A stretch of 64,000 bases of DNA. Source: an uncultured bacterium (GTDB lineage: Bacteria; Patescibacteriota; JAHJAL01). This document shows, piece by piece, positions 1-10,819 of this stretch. The notes beneath the pieces are model-generated. The model saw nothing but the letters and a program-made list of their open reading frames with translations. It did not search any database and was not told the DNA's origin. Within the stretch, counting starts at the first letter, position 1. Each line of letters starts with the position of its first letter. Location: assembly GCA_938004065.1 (NCBI GenBank), contig CALKWM010000038.1:2466-66465 (forward strand). The letters run 5' to 3'. A program made the translations under genes and the position numbers.

Positions 1-239
1 TGTTTGGTTAAAATTCCGCGACCGGGACCTATTTCCAGTATTAAATCATTACTATTTAAATCAGCCGCCTGAATTATCTCAGGCAGCACAGACTGGTTTA
101 TCAAAAAATTTTGGGAAAACTTGGGCATTAATTCGAACTTTACAAAAATTTCAAACAATTTAAAAACTTTACAAACATTTTTAAATTAGTAGAATATTTG
201 GAAAGTTTGAAAATGTTTGGACTTGTTTGACTATGTTTA

Positions 240-1481
240 TTATAGAGGGCTGACTGTTACCTCCATCAACCCTTGACTTAATGGGGCAATACTGGAGAAG
301 GCGACGGAATTGAGATCAATGATACGTCCCGTCCATGCTTGCGGACCGTAATCGTTGACAGTAACTACAACCGATGCACCGGTAGAATTATTGGTAACTA
401 ATAATCTGGTACCTTTGGGATAGGTGCGATGAGCGCAGGTGGGAGTGGAGCCATAATTGTACCAACTGGCGGTACCGACATCGCCACCGGCCGGTGGAGT
501 GGAATATATGATTTCCGGTTGTTTCTTGCCAACGGCTACTTTTTTGGGTATCGGCTCTTTGATGATATTTTCAGATACGAGATGACGATCGGTTTCCTGA
601 CCGTCTTCGAAATTTACTTCAAAGACTAATTCTTTGTCGCCATTTTCTCCCCATTCAACTACCTGATCGTCGCCGATAAATGCGTCCCAATTTTCCACAT
701 AGATAGTGTCGGGATAAATTACCTCATGTTCGCTAGTTAGTTCACTAGTAACTCGAGTTACTTTGATTTCCTGCCCGGAATGCAGCTCTTCGTTCGAAGA
801 CAGAAGTGCCTGGTTGATTTCATCATCCGGAATACTTAGCTCGTCTTTGGCTTCGTTGACTGCGTCAGCGACGTTTTTGGCTCTTGTTTCCATCTGGTAT
901 GAATTTTTGCCATAGGTTATCTTGAGTGGAATAGCGCGATCAATGTAGATAGTTGAACCGGCTGAGATTTGTTTGTCCAGTGATGGAAAAACTTTATCTT
1001 TGTGACCGACATCGATATGACAGGAAATCAAAATATTACGAACGGAGTTGGCGGAGGTTGTGATGGTATATGATCGGTTGTCTTCGACAATTTTGACCGG
1101 TATTTTTGAACTTTCGATGTTAACATTGACCGTACCACCGTTGAGGGAAGTAAATCGATGCGGTTCGGAGATCAGGCCACTGGAAAGTTCATATCCGGAT
1201 TCGGTAAGAGCTTGGTGAAGTTTTTCTTGTTTGGTATAAACCACTTGTTTACGGCCGTCTTTGTTGATTACGATTTGAGTAGTTTTGTGAGTTAAATAGG
1301 TGGGAATATGTTTAATCGAAGAATCATGATCGGTTGGCTTATGGTGAAACAGTAGCTCCAAAACGTTTAAATCTTGGGTAAATGTGGAAGACACTAGCAA
1401 AACAGCCAGTAAAATTATACTGCCATACACGATCGATCCAAAATTGAATTTTGATTTCACCTCCATAAAAGCAAGTATCAA
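240..1481 (-). CDS. YabE-like cell-wall protein: N-terminal membrane anchor, DUF348/G5-like middle region, C-terminal 3D/RlpA-like double-psi beta-barrel
   Basis: C-terminus ASWYNYGSTPTCAHRTYPKGTRLLVTN...VVVTVNDYGP matches the RlpA/3D DPBB signature. N-terminal hydrophobic segment. Architecture matches B. subtilis YabE. Confidence 0.65.
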   Translation of the reverse strand: MILAFMEVKSKFNFGSIVYGSIILLAVLLVSSTFTQDLNVLELLFHHKPTDHDSSIKHIPTYLTHKTTQIVINKDGRKQVVYTKQEKLHQALTESGYELSSGLISEPHRFTSLNGGTVNVNIESSKIPVKIVEDNRSYTITTSANSVRNILISCHIDVGHKDKVFPSLDKQISAGSTIYIDRAIPLKITYGKNSYQMETRAKNVADAVNEAKDELSIPDDEINQALLSSNEELHSGQEIKVTRVTSELTSEHEVIYPDTIYVENWDAFIGDDQVVEWGENGDKELVFEVNFEDGQETDRHLVSENIIKEPIPKKVAVGKKQPEIIYSTPPAGGDVGTASWYNYGSTPTCAHRTYPKGTRLLVTNNSTGASVVVTVNDYGPQAWTGRIIDLNSVAFSSIAPLSQGLMEVTVSPL

Positions 1482-1644
1482 GGATCAAGAAACAAGTATC
1501 AAGTATTGGAATAATATATAAAGATTACTTGATAAAAGTAGAAATTGATATGCAAGGAGTATTGTATATCAAATTACGGATTTTGGCAAAAAGAAAGAAG
1601 TCGCAATTTGTAGCTTCAAAATTTATTATTGATATAATGAGTTT

Positions 1645-2427
1645 ATGTATAAAAAAGAATTACAATTGGCAATTGAGTTGGCTCGTGAAGCAAGTGAAGT
1701 ATTGCGGAAAGATTTCTATGAGCCCCGTCCCACTCCGGTAATTGATGAAAATGGTGTTCATCTGGCTATTGATCATGAAATCGAGCAGTTAATCAAAGGC
1801 AAAGTTAAACTGCAATTTCCCGATCATAGATTTTTAGGTGAGGAGGAAGGTGCAAGTGGTACGGAAAGTGATTATCGGTGGATAGTTGACCCGATTGATG
1901 GTACGTCAAACTATTTTTGTCATAATCCTTTTTTTTGTGTTTCCATCGCTTTGGCATATAAAGATGAGATTGTGATGGGGGTGATTGATGCTCCGATTAT
2001 CGATGAATCGTACGCGTTGGAAAAAGGAAAAAATTTATTTATCAATGACAAAGAGATATTGAATATTGAGTCGAAAAGTTTTGATAAAATTGTGATTGGC
2101 GGACGTTCATATGAAGCCAGGTGTTTGAATGTCAGCAATTATCACATTGATAATGAAAATACTTATTCAAAAATTGAAATGGGAGCGGCAGCGCTGGAAT
2201 TGGCTTACGTTGCCAGTGGCAAAATACAATGCTATATGGTGGAAGGGATAAAAGATTGGGATGTGGCGGCGGGAGTGTTGATGGTGCGGGAAATGGGAGG
2301 GAAGGTGGTCAATTGGAAAGGGCAAGATTGGAATTTTGGAGATGACCGCTTGATTGCGGGAAGAGATGATATTGTGGAGAAGTTGTTAGAGAAGGTAGTT
2401 TCAACAAGCAAAAATTCGTCCGCCTGA
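1645..2427 (+). CDS. suhB: inositol monophosphatase family protein (SuhB/IMPase-like)
   Basis: Motifs WIVDPIDGTSNY and DWDVAAG are typical of the IMPase/FIG superfamily. Confidence 0.8.
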   Translation: MYKKELQLAIELAREASEVLRKDFYEPRPTPVIDENGVHLAIDHEIEQLIKGKVKLQFPDHRFLGEEEGASGTESDYRWIVDPIDGTSNYFCHNPFFCVSIALAYKDEIVMGVIDAPIIDESYALEKGKNLFINDKEILNIESKSFDKIVIGGRSYEARCLNVSNYHIDNENTYSKIEMGAAALELAYVASGKIQCYMVEGIKDWDVAAGVLMVREMGGKVVNWKGQDWNFGDDRLIAGRDDIVEKLLEKVVSTSKNSSA

Positions 2428-2523
2428 TGGCGGAATAATCGAAATGATATTTTTTTAAACTTATCAAATATCAAACATAACAAACTTATCAAACAATAAA
2501 CTTATGAAAACTAGGAGAATACA

Positions 2524-3768
2524 ATGTTGGATATAAAATTGATCCGGGAAAACCCGGATATAGTTAAGAAAAACATCGAAAGAAGAGGCAAAGATCCCCA
2601 GATAGTGGATGAAGTATTGGGATTGGACAAGGAGTTGTGTGCTTTGACGGCAAAAATTGACGAATTGAGGTCCAAGAAAAATTTACCTAAAGGTAAACCA
2701 ACGGATGACGAATTGGAAATGTTGGTAAAAATAAAACAAGAGACCGATTCACTGGAAAAAGAAAGAGATGTCTTGGGATCGCAGTTTAAACAGAAAGTGA
2801 TGGCAATCCCAAATCTAACTGCCGATGACGTACCCGATGGCAAGGATGATAGTGAAAACAAGATAGTGGAAAAAGTTGGAGAAATTCCAAAATTTGATTT
2901 CGAAGTGCAAGATCACTTACAAATTGGTGAGAGGTTGGACTTGATTGATTTTGAGCGCGGATCAAAAGTTGCACAGAGCGGGTTTTATTATTTGAAGAAC
3001 GAATTGGCTATGCTTGATTTGTCTTTGCAGAGATATGCGATGGACAAATTGGCGGCTAAAGGATATATACCGATTATCACACCTGATATTGCCAAGGATG
3101 AAATGTGCATGGGTACAGGTTATAATCCGCGTGGAGATGAAAAACAAATTTTTAATATCGCCGATGAAGATATAAGTTTGGTGGGAACAGCGGAAATTAC
3201 TCTCGGAGGGTATTATGCCGATGAGATTATAAATAAAGATGATTTGCCGATAAAATTCGTTGGGTTGTCGCATTGTTTTCGAGTGGAGAAAGGCGGATAT
3301 GGGAAATACTCCAAAGGTTTATATCGAGTAAGGCAGTTTAGTAAAGTCGAAATGTTTATTTTATGTAAACCAGAGGATAGTGAAAAATATCATCAAGAAC
3401 TACTAAGTAACGAAAAAGAAATTTGGAATGAACTTGGCATCCCCTATCGTGTGATGTTGCAATGCACTGGAGACATGGGTAGTTCCAGTATGAAAACATA
3501 TGATGTCGAAGCGTGGATGCCCGGTCGGGGTGATTATGGCGAAGTAACCAGTACTTCCAATACCGGAGATTACCAGGCGCGACGTCTAAAGATTCGTTTC
3601 AAAGATGATGATGGTGCAAATAAATTTGTACACATGCTCAATGGGACTGCTGTCAACAACAGTCGTTTTCCTTTGACTATTTTGGAAAATGGGCAACAGG
3701 CGGATGGCAGCGTGAAGATTCCGGAAGTATTGTGGAAATACACGAGGTTTGATGTAATTACCAAATAG
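2524..3768 (+). CDS. serS: seryl-tRNA synthetase
   Basis: N-terminus MLDIKLIRENPD, coiled-coil arm, class II motifs (FRVEKGG..., GSSSMKTYDVEAWMPG). SD aggag upstream. Hairpin terminator at 3797-3823. Confidence 0.95.
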   Translation: MLDIKLIRENPDIVKKNIERRGKDPQIVDEVLGLDKELCALTAKIDELRSKKNLPKGKPTDDELEMLVKIKQETDSLEKERDVLGSQFKQKVMAIPNLTADDVPDGKDDSENKIVEKVGEIPKFDFEVQDHLQIGERLDLIDFERGSKVAQSGFYYLKNELAMLDLSLQRYAMDKLAAKGYIPIITPDIAKDEMCMGTGYNPRGDEKQIFNIADEDISLVGTAEITLGGYYADEIINKDDLPIKFVGLSHCFRVEKGGYGKYSKGLYRVRQFSKVEMFILCKPEDSEKYHQELLSNEKEIWNELGIPYRVMLQCTGDMGSSSMKTYDVEAWMPGRGDYGEVTSTSNTGDYQARRLKIRFKDDDGANKFVHMLNGTAVNNSRFPLTILENGQQADGSVKIPEVLWKYTRFDVITK

Positions 3769-3796
3769 TAATTGATAATGACTAATTAAATTAGAA

Positions 3797-3823
3797 AAAC
3801 TGCAGTTTGTTACTGCAGTTTTT
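3797..3823 (+). terminator. rho-independent terminator after serS (aaactgcagtttgttactgcagttttt)
   Basis: Perfect 8-bp stem followed by a T-run immediately after the serS stop. Confidence 0.7.
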
Positions 3824-3969
3824 GTTGACGAATACATGACTTTCCCAAAACTCTTTACTATATTGGAATTCTTCCTCGCTTTGACTTGAATTGTGAAAAT
3901 CGGGAGCGTAATTACCAGGAAAAGTGGCTACTTCGCTGGAGAGAGTGTTTTGGATTATGTAACGCGCAA

Positions 3970-4224
3970 TTATTTATTTTTCATCAGATCCAAGTCTATC
4001 AAAATATTGTCAGTGCCGTCTTTGACGGTTTTTTTGACGTCATCCAAGGCCTGGTTATAGATTTCGGGATGTAGTTGTTGCAGAAAAAAATCGAGAATTT
4101 CACCGGCAGCAATGATGCCGATTTCTTCATTTCGTTCGTTTTGAAAATAGCCGATAATTTCTTTGATTAGAAATTGCTTTTTTTGATCGTCTAAAATGTC
4201 CCATTTACGTTTAGTTTTATTCAT
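3970..4224 (-). CDS. small hypothetical protein (possibly DUF2164-like)
   Basis: 84-aa ORF with good spacing. Weak resemblance only. Confidence 0.3.
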   Translation of the reverse strand: MNKTKRKWDILDDQKKQFLIKEIIGYFQNERNEEIGIIAAGEILDFFLQQLHPEIYNQALDDVKKTVKDGTDNILIDLDLMKNK

Positions 4225-4327
4225 GTTATTTTTTTATAATGACTTTTTTTTATTTGGCTCTACAAAATTTCAGACACATGTCAAATGGCTAAATTGTTTT
4301 TAGCAATCCAATTATTTTCAATTTCGA

Positions 4328-4933
4328 TTAAACCAAGTATTTAATTGCAATAAAGCCAAGAACCAGCAAAAGGGTAAATGCTATAGCTAAAAGATTGAAT
4401 TGTTTGTCAATGAAGGTTTTGATGCGTGGTCCGTATTTCCAGATCAGGGCCGATAACAGGAAAAATCTGGCGCCACGGCTAATAATCGAGGCGATTAGAA
4501 ACATAAAAAAATTGATGCCGAAAACTCCGGAGGTGATGGTAAATACTTTGTAAGGAATCGGAGTAAAACCGGCGGTGAAGACAATCCAGAAATTGTATTG
4601 GTTGTATAGTTCCTTGATTTTGTCGTAGAGTTCAACCGTAAAACCGGGGATGTGATCAAAGAAAAACTGAGCAAATGAAGTAAAATCACCGACCGAGTTG
4701 ATCCAGATATAGTGCCCGATGGCATAGCCGGTTATGGCTCCCAGTATGGAGCCAACCAGACAAATGGTGGCAAATTTGAATGCTTTTTTTGGTTTTCCAA
4801 CACAGAGAGCAATCAGCAAGACATCCGGTGGTATGGGAAAAAAAACGGATTCAATAAAAGCGTGGATAAATATTGCCACTGAGCCATAAGGTGAGTTAGC
4901 CCACGAAAGAATCCAGTTATATATTTTTTTCAT
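4328..4933 (-). CDS. DedA/YqaA-family membrane protein
   Basis: Multi-TM protein with the FIESVFFPIPPDVLLIAL motif characteristic of the DedA/SNARE-associated (YqaA) family. Confidence 0.6.
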   Translation of the reverse strand: MKKIYNWILSWANSPYGSVAIFIHAFIESVFFPIPPDVLLIALCVGKPKKAFKFATICLVGSILGAITGYAIGHYIWINSVGDFTSFAQFFFDHIPGFTVELYDKIKELYNQYNFWIVFTAGFTPIPYKVFTITSGVFGINFFMFLIASIISRGARFFLLSALIWKYGPRIKTFIDKQFNLLAIAFTLLLVLGFIAIKYLV

Positions 4934-4993
4934 AAAAATATTATTTGTCTGATAGAGTTAATTATACATTAATGCATGAAAATATCTTGGATT

Positions 4994-6010
4994 TTATGAA
5001 TTTAAAAATGAATCAATCCGTCCGATCATTTTTTCCTTGTCTTTTTCGTCCAGAAAACTAGCTCGAAAGGAGTTTTTGGCAAGAGTGATGATTTGTTCGT
5101 TGGAAAGATCCAGGGCTTCGGCTAAGGCGTGATAATTTTCATTGAGATAGCCGCCGAAATACGCCGGATCATCAGAGTTGATCGTTACCAGAACGCCTTG
5201 TTTGAGCATAATTTTTAGCGGGTGTTTTGTTAAATCGGGCGCCACTTGCAATTTATAATTTGATAGCGGACACATAGTGAGAGGTATTTGGGCGTTGACG
5301 ATTTTCTCCAGTAATTGCTCGTCATCGATCGTATGATTGCCGTGATCAATGCGAGAAACTCCGAGTAAATCGATGGCTTCCCAGATGTATTGGGCCGGAC
5401 CTTCCTCGCCGGCATGGGCGACGGTTAAAAAACCATCTTTTCTGGCTTGTGCAAAAACTTTGGCAAATTTTGAGGGGGGATTGCCAACTTCAGACGAATC
5501 CAAACCAACAGCAACTATTTTGTTTTTATGGGGAAGAGCTGCTTGCAGTGTCTCGAAGGCTGACTTTTCATCAAGATGACGAAGAAAACACATAATTAAT
5601 TTTGAGTTTATGCCAAATTTGGTCTGACCATCTTGCAAAGCGTGGTAAATACCATTGATAACAGTATCAAAAGCTACCCCGCGGTCGGTGTGAGTTTGGG
5701 GGTCAAAAAATATCTCGGTGTGAATGATATTTTGCTCATGGCATTTTTCCAGATAGGCCCAGGTGAGATCAAAGAAATCCTGTTCGAGAGTCAAAACGCT
5801 GGCGCCGGCATAATAGATGTCGAGAAATTCTTGCAAATTATGAAAATTATAAGCCGAACGAAGTTCCTCAACCGTTTTGTATTTTATCTCAATTTTGTTA
5901 CGCCTGGCGATGGCAAACATCAATTCCGGTTCGAAAGTGCCTTCGATATGCAGATGTAATTCAGCTTTTGGTATATTGTTGATAAGATCTTGCCGGGAAA
6001 TGGTGTTCAT
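4994..6010 (-). CDS. add: adenosine deaminase
   Basis: [15 protein letters not shown] and [17 protein letters not shown] motifs of the metal-dependent adenosine/AMP deaminase family. Confidence 0.85.
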   Translation of the reverse strand: MNTISRQDLINNIPKAELHLHIEGTFEPELMFAIARRNKIEIKYKTVEELRSAYNFHNLQEFLDIYYAGASVLTLEQDFFDLTWAYLEKCHEQNIIHTEIFFDPQTHTDRGVAFDTVINGIYHALQDGQTKFGINSKLIMCFLRHLDEKSAFETLQAALPHKNKIVAVGLDSSEVGNPPSKFAKVFAQARKDGFLTVAHAGEEGPAQYIWEAIDLLGVSRIDHGNHTIDDEQLLEKIVNAQIPLTMCPLSNYKLQVAPDLTKHPLKIMLKQGVLVTINSDDPAYFGGYLNENYHALAEALDLSNEQIITLAKNSFRASFLDEKDKEKMIGRIDSFLNS

Positions 6011-6056
6011 AAAAAAATGATTTAGACAGATAATATTTAATGCGAGATTGATATAT

Positions 6057-6180
6057 GAATAGTGCTATATAAAATTAAAATATGGTATGGATCCCCAATC
6101 CGCCCGAGGCGGACAAGTTATCGAATCGCCCGCCGATCCGCATCGAGGATGACAAATAAGAAAATTAGATAGCACTATTC
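6057..6180. mobile_element. ~120-bp MITE with ~25-bp terminal inverted repeats (GAATAGTGCTAT...AATAAGAAAATTAGATAGCACTATTC) enclosing a palindromic core GGATCCCC...GAGGATGACA
   Basis: Seen in sequence. Homologous copies at 14706-14823 (both TIRs) and 46201-46300 (one TIR). Core also contains the CCGCCCGAGGCGGAC palindrome. Confidence 0.7.
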
Positions 6181-6333
6181 TTTAATATATCGATTATGTT
6201 TTTTGAATGATAGTATTCTGTAGGAAAATTTTTCATATATATTGATCATATAATAAATTTTTCCGGTTTGGAAAAAACAGCAAGGGAAATTATAATAGAA
6301 GTAGTCAATATATTCTTTTTTTGATGGAGGAAA

Positions 6334-6888
6334 GTGATGCAGTTAATAATTTCAACCAGAAGACTGAATTTAACAGATGATGTCAGGGATTATGTTCATG
6401 AAAAAATGGAAAAGATGAACAATTTTTTTGATAACATTATTTTTGTCAGAGTGGAATTAAGTCGGGAAGAAAAGAGGGATGATGGCAAGCCATTTGGTTG
6501 CGAAGTGTTGGTGAGTGTGCCCAATAAACAATTCCGAGCAGGCAAGCGAGGAGGTGAATTGTTTGAAGCGATAGATTTAACCGAGGAAGCGTTGGAAGTG
6601 CAGATCAAATCTTTCAAAGAAAAAATTGATGACACGATGTTTAAAGACAAAGGACAAATGAATGAGGTTTTGCAAGAGGCGGAACTAAGTAGTCTGGATG
6701 AGGACAGAGAAGATCAGTATGATTATATCTACCGCGGACCGGGCGAGGCGATGACACTCGATGAAGCTAAACAACAGATGGAGCTTATGAAACAGGATTT
6801 TTATGTTTTTGTTAATGAAGAAACCGGCAAAACCAATACGGTATATAAAAAAGCCGATGGTCGGTATGGTGTGATTGTGGAGGGATAA
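6334..6888 (+). CDS. hpf: ribosome hibernation promoting factor (long HPF/RaiA family)
   Basis: N-terminal S30AE domain (MQLIISTRRLNLTDDVRDYV...) plus C-terminal dimerisation domain. Confidence 0.85.
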   Translation: MMQLIISTRRLNLTDDVRDYVHEKMEKMNNFFDNIIFVRVELSREEKRDDGKPFGCEVLVSVPNKQFRAGKRGGELFEAIDLTEEALEVQIKSFKEKIDDTMFKDKGQMNEVLQEAELSSLDEDREDQYDYIYRGPGEAMTLDEAKQQMELMKQDFYVFVNEETGKTNTVYKKADGRYGVIVEG

Positions 6889-6894
6889 ATAGAA

Positions 6895-6970
6895 GGGATA
6901 GGTTTTAAACCTGTCCCTACCCTGTGAATTTATAAAACCGGCAGTGGTCTTGATAGACTGCCGGTTTTTT
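6895..6970 (+). terminator. REP-like palindrome GGGATAGGTTTTAAACCTGTCCCTACC followed by a hairpin terminator (aaaccggcagt..actgccggttttttt)
   Basis: Perfect palindromes directly after the hpf stop. The first belongs to the repeat family also at 26818, 42166 and 43118. Confidence 0.6.
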
Positions 6971-6974
6971 TCTA

Positions 6975-7187
6975 TTAATTTTTTATGATGTCGACGATCT
7001 CATCGGGAGAATAATTTCTCCCAAATTTTTTATTGACAATTTGACATATTATTGTCAAATTTGTCATCCCGTTAACAAAAACATCGTCGATGAATAAAAT
7101 ATATAGTTGGCGGATATGTTCTTTAATCTGATAATCAGAATATTTCTGATTATCAACTTCATTGCAAAAAGTAGCGGTTGTGGTCAT
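6975..7187 (-). CDS. hypothetical protein with a PRTase-like motif (ILFIDDVFVNGMT)
   Basis: 70-aa ORF overlapping the upstream ORF by ATGA. Motif resembles the type-I phosphoribosyltransferase / ComF PRPP-binding loop. Confidence 0.3.
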   Translation of the reverse strand: MTTTATFCNEVDNQKYSDYQIKEHIRQLYILFIDDVFVNGMTNLTIICQIVNKKFGRNYSPDEIVDIIKN

Positions 7188-7459
7188 AAAGAAACTTTAT
7201 CCTCCAACTTTTTGAATTTCAAATTGATCCGACCTTTATTTGGCACGTCCACCAGTACGAGAAGTGGCGGTGTTTGGGAATTCAGAATGTATTTGAGCTT
7301 ACCTAGTTTTTCAAGTTTATATGTTGCGTATTCTTTGCCTGTGATAAGCTCAACCAAACTTTTTTTCTGATCAAGTGCTTTTTTTACATCCTGAAAATTT
7401 AATTCATTAATTCTTTTCAGTTGTTTTTTGGTCATTTTTGGATCAAGGTATAAGTGCAT
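7184..7459 (-). CDS. hypothetical protein, possibly the N-terminal part of a split ComF/PRTase-like gene
   Basis: 91-aa ORF translationally coupled (ATGA overlap) to 6975-7187. Confidence 0.3.
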   Translation of the reverse strand: MHLYLDPKMTKKQLKRINELNFQDVKKALDQKKSLVELITGKEYATYKLEKLGKLKYILNSQTPPLLVLVDVPNKGRINLKFKKLEDKVSL

Positions 7460-7683
7460 TAATTTTTTAACCTCCGTTTTGAAATTTTTTTCATTGAAGA
7501 TTTTTTGTGGGCTTTTTTTGCCCCATCACCTCCTAGATTATTAATTTGCAAACGAGATTTTTAAAAAAGCGGCAAAGATGAACAAGAAAGTTCAACCGAA
7601 GATGCAATCTCTGCCGCCAGGATTTTTATAGTGGTCGTTTTTAGACTATTTTATTGTAATAAATATTTGAATTATTGGCAAGA

Positions 7684-10524
7684 CTATTTTCTGGATAGTA
7701 TTTTCGCCAGGTATTGTCCGGTATATGATCGCTTTACCTTGGCTACTTCTTCCGGTGTACCGGTGGCCACAATTTCGCCACCCTCATCACCACCTTCCGG
7801 GCCCAGATCAATGATGTAGTCAGCCACTTTGATCATATCTAAATTATGTTCGATCATGAGAATAGAGTTACCACGACGAACAAGTTTGTTTAAGATTTTG
7901 ATCAAATTTTCGACATCGGCAAAATGCAAACCGATAGTTGGTTCATCCAAGATATAAAGTGTTTTACCGGTGGCACGACGAGCCAGTTCGGTAGATAATT
8001 TGATCCTTTGCGCCTCGCCACCGGAGAGAGTGTTGGCCGGCTGACCAAGTTGCAGATATCCCAACCCCACATCAACCAGAATTTTGAGTTTTTTCTCAAG
8101 GGCAGGAATGTTTTTGAAAAAAATATGCGCTTCTTCGGCGGTCATTTCCAGCACTTCGGAGATATTTTTTCCCTTGTAGTAAATATCCAGGGCTTCCGGA
8201 TTGTAACGGTGCCCGCCACATTCCGGGCAGGTGATATATACATCGGGCAAAAAATGCATTTCAATTTTGATACTGCCGTCCCCTTTACAGTGTTCGCATC
8301 GTCCGCCTTTGACGTTGAACGAAAACCGGCCGGCTTTGTAACCGCGCATTTTGGCCTCGGGGGTAGAAGCAAATAAATCTCGAATCAAGGTAAATGAGCC
8401 GGTATAGGTAGCCGGGTTGGAGCGGGGAGTGCGTCCAATCGGGCTTTGGTCGATGGTGATCACTTTGTCCAAATTTTCCAGGCCTTTGATTTCCCGGTGC
8501 TCACCGGCGGGTTGTTTGGAACGATGAAATTCACGAGCCAACTGTTTGGCCAGTATTTTATGAATCAGAGTAGATTTTCCCGATCCGGAGACGCCGGTTA
8601 CGCAAACAAATTGTCCGAGAGGAATTTTGACGTTGACGTTTTTCAGGTTATGTTCGTTGGCCCCGACAATTTCCAAATATTTGTCCGTAACCTTGCGACG
8701 GCCGGTAGGCACTTCAATCTTTTTTTTGCCGGATAGATACTGTCCGGTGAGAGAGTTTTTGTTTTTCATGACTTCTTTGGGAGTACCTTGCGCCATCAAT
8801 TCACCACCATGCTTGCCGGCGCCGGGCCCGATGTCAATCAAATGATCGGCGGCCAACATGGTTTCTTCGTCATGTTCAACAACGATAATCGAGTTGCCAA
8901 TATCGCGTAATTCTTTGAGCGACTCGATCAATTTACTATTGTCGCGTTGGTGCAAACCGATCGATGGTTCGTCGAGGATATACATGACTCCGGTTAGCAT
9001 CGAACCGATTTGGGTGGCCAGGCGAATACGTTGAGCTTCACCGCCGGACAGAGTATTGGCCGAGCGATGCAAAGTTAGATATCCCAGACCAACATTTTCC
9101 AAAAATCCCAATCTCTCGCCGATTTCTTTGATGATCGGGTTCGATATTTTGCTGTTTTCACGCGAAAATTTCAAGCCGGCAAAAAATTTGATTAGTTCAC
9201 GAACATTCATTTCAGTTACTTCGATGATATTTCTATCATCGATCGTAACCGCCAAAGATTCTATCCGTAAACGTTTACCACCACATTCCGGGCAGGTTTG
9301 TTCAATCATGTATTTTTCGATATCGCTACGCACGTATTCACTGCCTGTTTCCCGATACATTCTCATCAGTTGCGGAATGACGCCTTCGAAAGTTGTTTCG
9401 TATTCCTTGACTTTACCGTATGGTGAGGGATTGGTGACCAAATATGTTTTGCTACCGGTTCCGTGTAAAACAATTTGGATGTGTTCCGGTTTCATATCGG
9501 CAATCGGTGTATCGATATCAAATTTGTTGGCTTCGGCAACCGCCATCAGTATCCGCATATGCCAATTCTGGCGACCGGAAGTTTTGCTCCACGGACCGAT
9601 ACCGCCTTCGGCAATAGTCAATTTCGGGTTGGGAAAAATCATATTTTCATCAATTTCCTGTCTAATACCCAAACCGCTACAACCACTGCAGGCGCCTTGA
9701 GGATTGTTGAAAGAAAAAATGCGGGGGTTGATCTCGGGCAGGTTGATTCCGCACTCGGCACAGGCAAATTGTTCACTAAAGGCATCAATTTTTCCGGTAT
9801 CGGGTTGCAAGACATGAATTAAACCATTGCCATAATTGAGAGCCGTTTCCAATGATTCAACCAGACGGGAACGAAAATCAATGTCTTTTTTGTCGATTTG
9901 CAAACGGTCAACCACAATTTCGATCGTGTGCTTTTTTTGTTTATCGAGAACGATAGATTCCGATAAGTCGCGAATCTCGCCATTGACTCGCACCCGCACA
10001 AATCCGGCTTTTTTGATTTCAGCGAAAGTATTTTTGTGCTCGCCTTTTTGGGCGATAACCAAAGGTGACAGAATGATTATTTTAGTTTTGTTTTGAATGC
10101 TTTCAATCTGATCGGCGATTTGACCGACGGTTTGTGAAGAAATCGGTTTGTGACATTTGGGACAATGCGGGATACCCACCCGGGCAAACAAAAGACGCAA
10201 ATAATCATATATTTCCGTCACGGTTCCCACGGTGGAGCGAGGATTGGAACTGGCTGATTTTTGATCGATAGAAATAGCCGGCGATAATCCTTCAATTTTA
10301 TCCATATCCGGTTTTTCCATAATGCCTAAAAATTGCCTGGCATATGCGGATAGAGACTCGACGTATCGACGTTGACCTTCGGCGTAAATAGTATCAAAAG
10401 CCAATGAAGATTTGCCCGATCCGGAGATACCGGTAATCACAACCAATTCATTTTTGGGAATTACCAAATCGATATTTTTGAGATTGTGTTCTCTGGCTCC
10501 CTTGATAGTAATTTTGTCAATCAT
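7684..10524 (-). CDS. uvrA: excinuclease ABC subunit A
   Basis: 946 aa with two ABC ATPase modules ([23 protein letters not shown]), zinc-finger Cys clusters and LSGGEAQR signature motifs. Confidence 0.97.
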   Translation of the reverse strand: MIDKITIKGAREHNLKNIDLVIPKNELVVITGISGSGKSSLAFDTIYAEGQRRYVESLSAYARQFLGIMEKPDMDKIEGLSPAISIDQKSASSNPRSTVGTVTEIYDYLRLLFARVGIPHCPKCHKPISSQTVGQIADQIESIQNKTKIIILSPLVIAQKGEHKNTFAEIKKAGFVRVRVNGEIRDLSESIVLDKQKKHTIEIVVDRLQIDKKDIDFRSRLVESLETALNYGNGLIHVLQPDTGKIDAFSEQFACAECGINLPEINPRIFSFNNPQGACSGCSGLGIRQEIDENMIFPNPKLTIAEGGIGPWSKTSGRQNWHMRILMAVAEANKFDIDTPIADMKPEHIQIVLHGTGSKTYLVTNPSPYGKVKEYETTFEGVIPQLMRMYRETGSEYVRSDIEKYMIEQTCPECGGKRLRIESLAVTIDDRNIIEVTEMNVRELIKFFAGLKFSRENSKISNPIIKEIGERLGFLENVGLGYLTLHRSANTLSGGEAQRIRLATQIGSMLTGVMYILDEPSIGLHQRDNSKLIESLKELRDIGNSIIVVEHDEETMLAADHLIDIGPGAGKHGGELMAQGTPKEVMKNKNSLTGQYLSGKKKIEVPTGRRKVTDKYLEIVGANEHNLKNVNVKIPLGQFVCVTGVSGSGKSTLIHKILAKQLAREFHRSKQPAGEHREIKGLENLDKVITIDQSPIGRTPRSNPATYTGSFTLIRDLFASTPEAKMRGYKAGRFSFNVKGGRCEHCKGDGSIKIEMHFLPDVYITCPECGGHRYNPEALDIYYKGKNISEVLEMTAEEAHIFFKNIPALEKKLKILVDVGLGYLQLGQPANTLSGGEAQRIKLSTELARRATGKTLYILDEPTIGLHFADVENLIKILNKLVRRGNSILMIEHNLDMIKVADYIIDLGPEGGDEGGEIVATGTPEEVAKVKRSYTGQYLAKILSRK

Positions 10525-10819
10525 TTTTTTTTATAAAAAAATTTATTAAATATATTTTGCGAAATGGCCCATGAAAAAGTCGAAACGTTGTATATTTTTT
10601 AAAACTTGCGGTCGGAAATGATAGATGTTTTTTAGCTAAAACATAAAAATTGTAGCAACATTTTTGCTTTTTTTCAAGGGTAGAAAAAAAGAAGATTTGA
10701 TAATGATTTTTTTTCAAATACCGCTTTGAAGGAAATAAAATGGTTAAATTGTTAAATTGTTATGCAATAATTTTCTCAACCATTTAGCCATTTAACAAAT
10801 TATATTTCTTAAGTATTTC

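Noticed and set aside
8008-9822. Several 100-200-aa ORFs on the plus strand inside uvrA
   Set aside because: Shadow ORFs antisense to a highly conserved gene, with low-complexity composition and no motifs.
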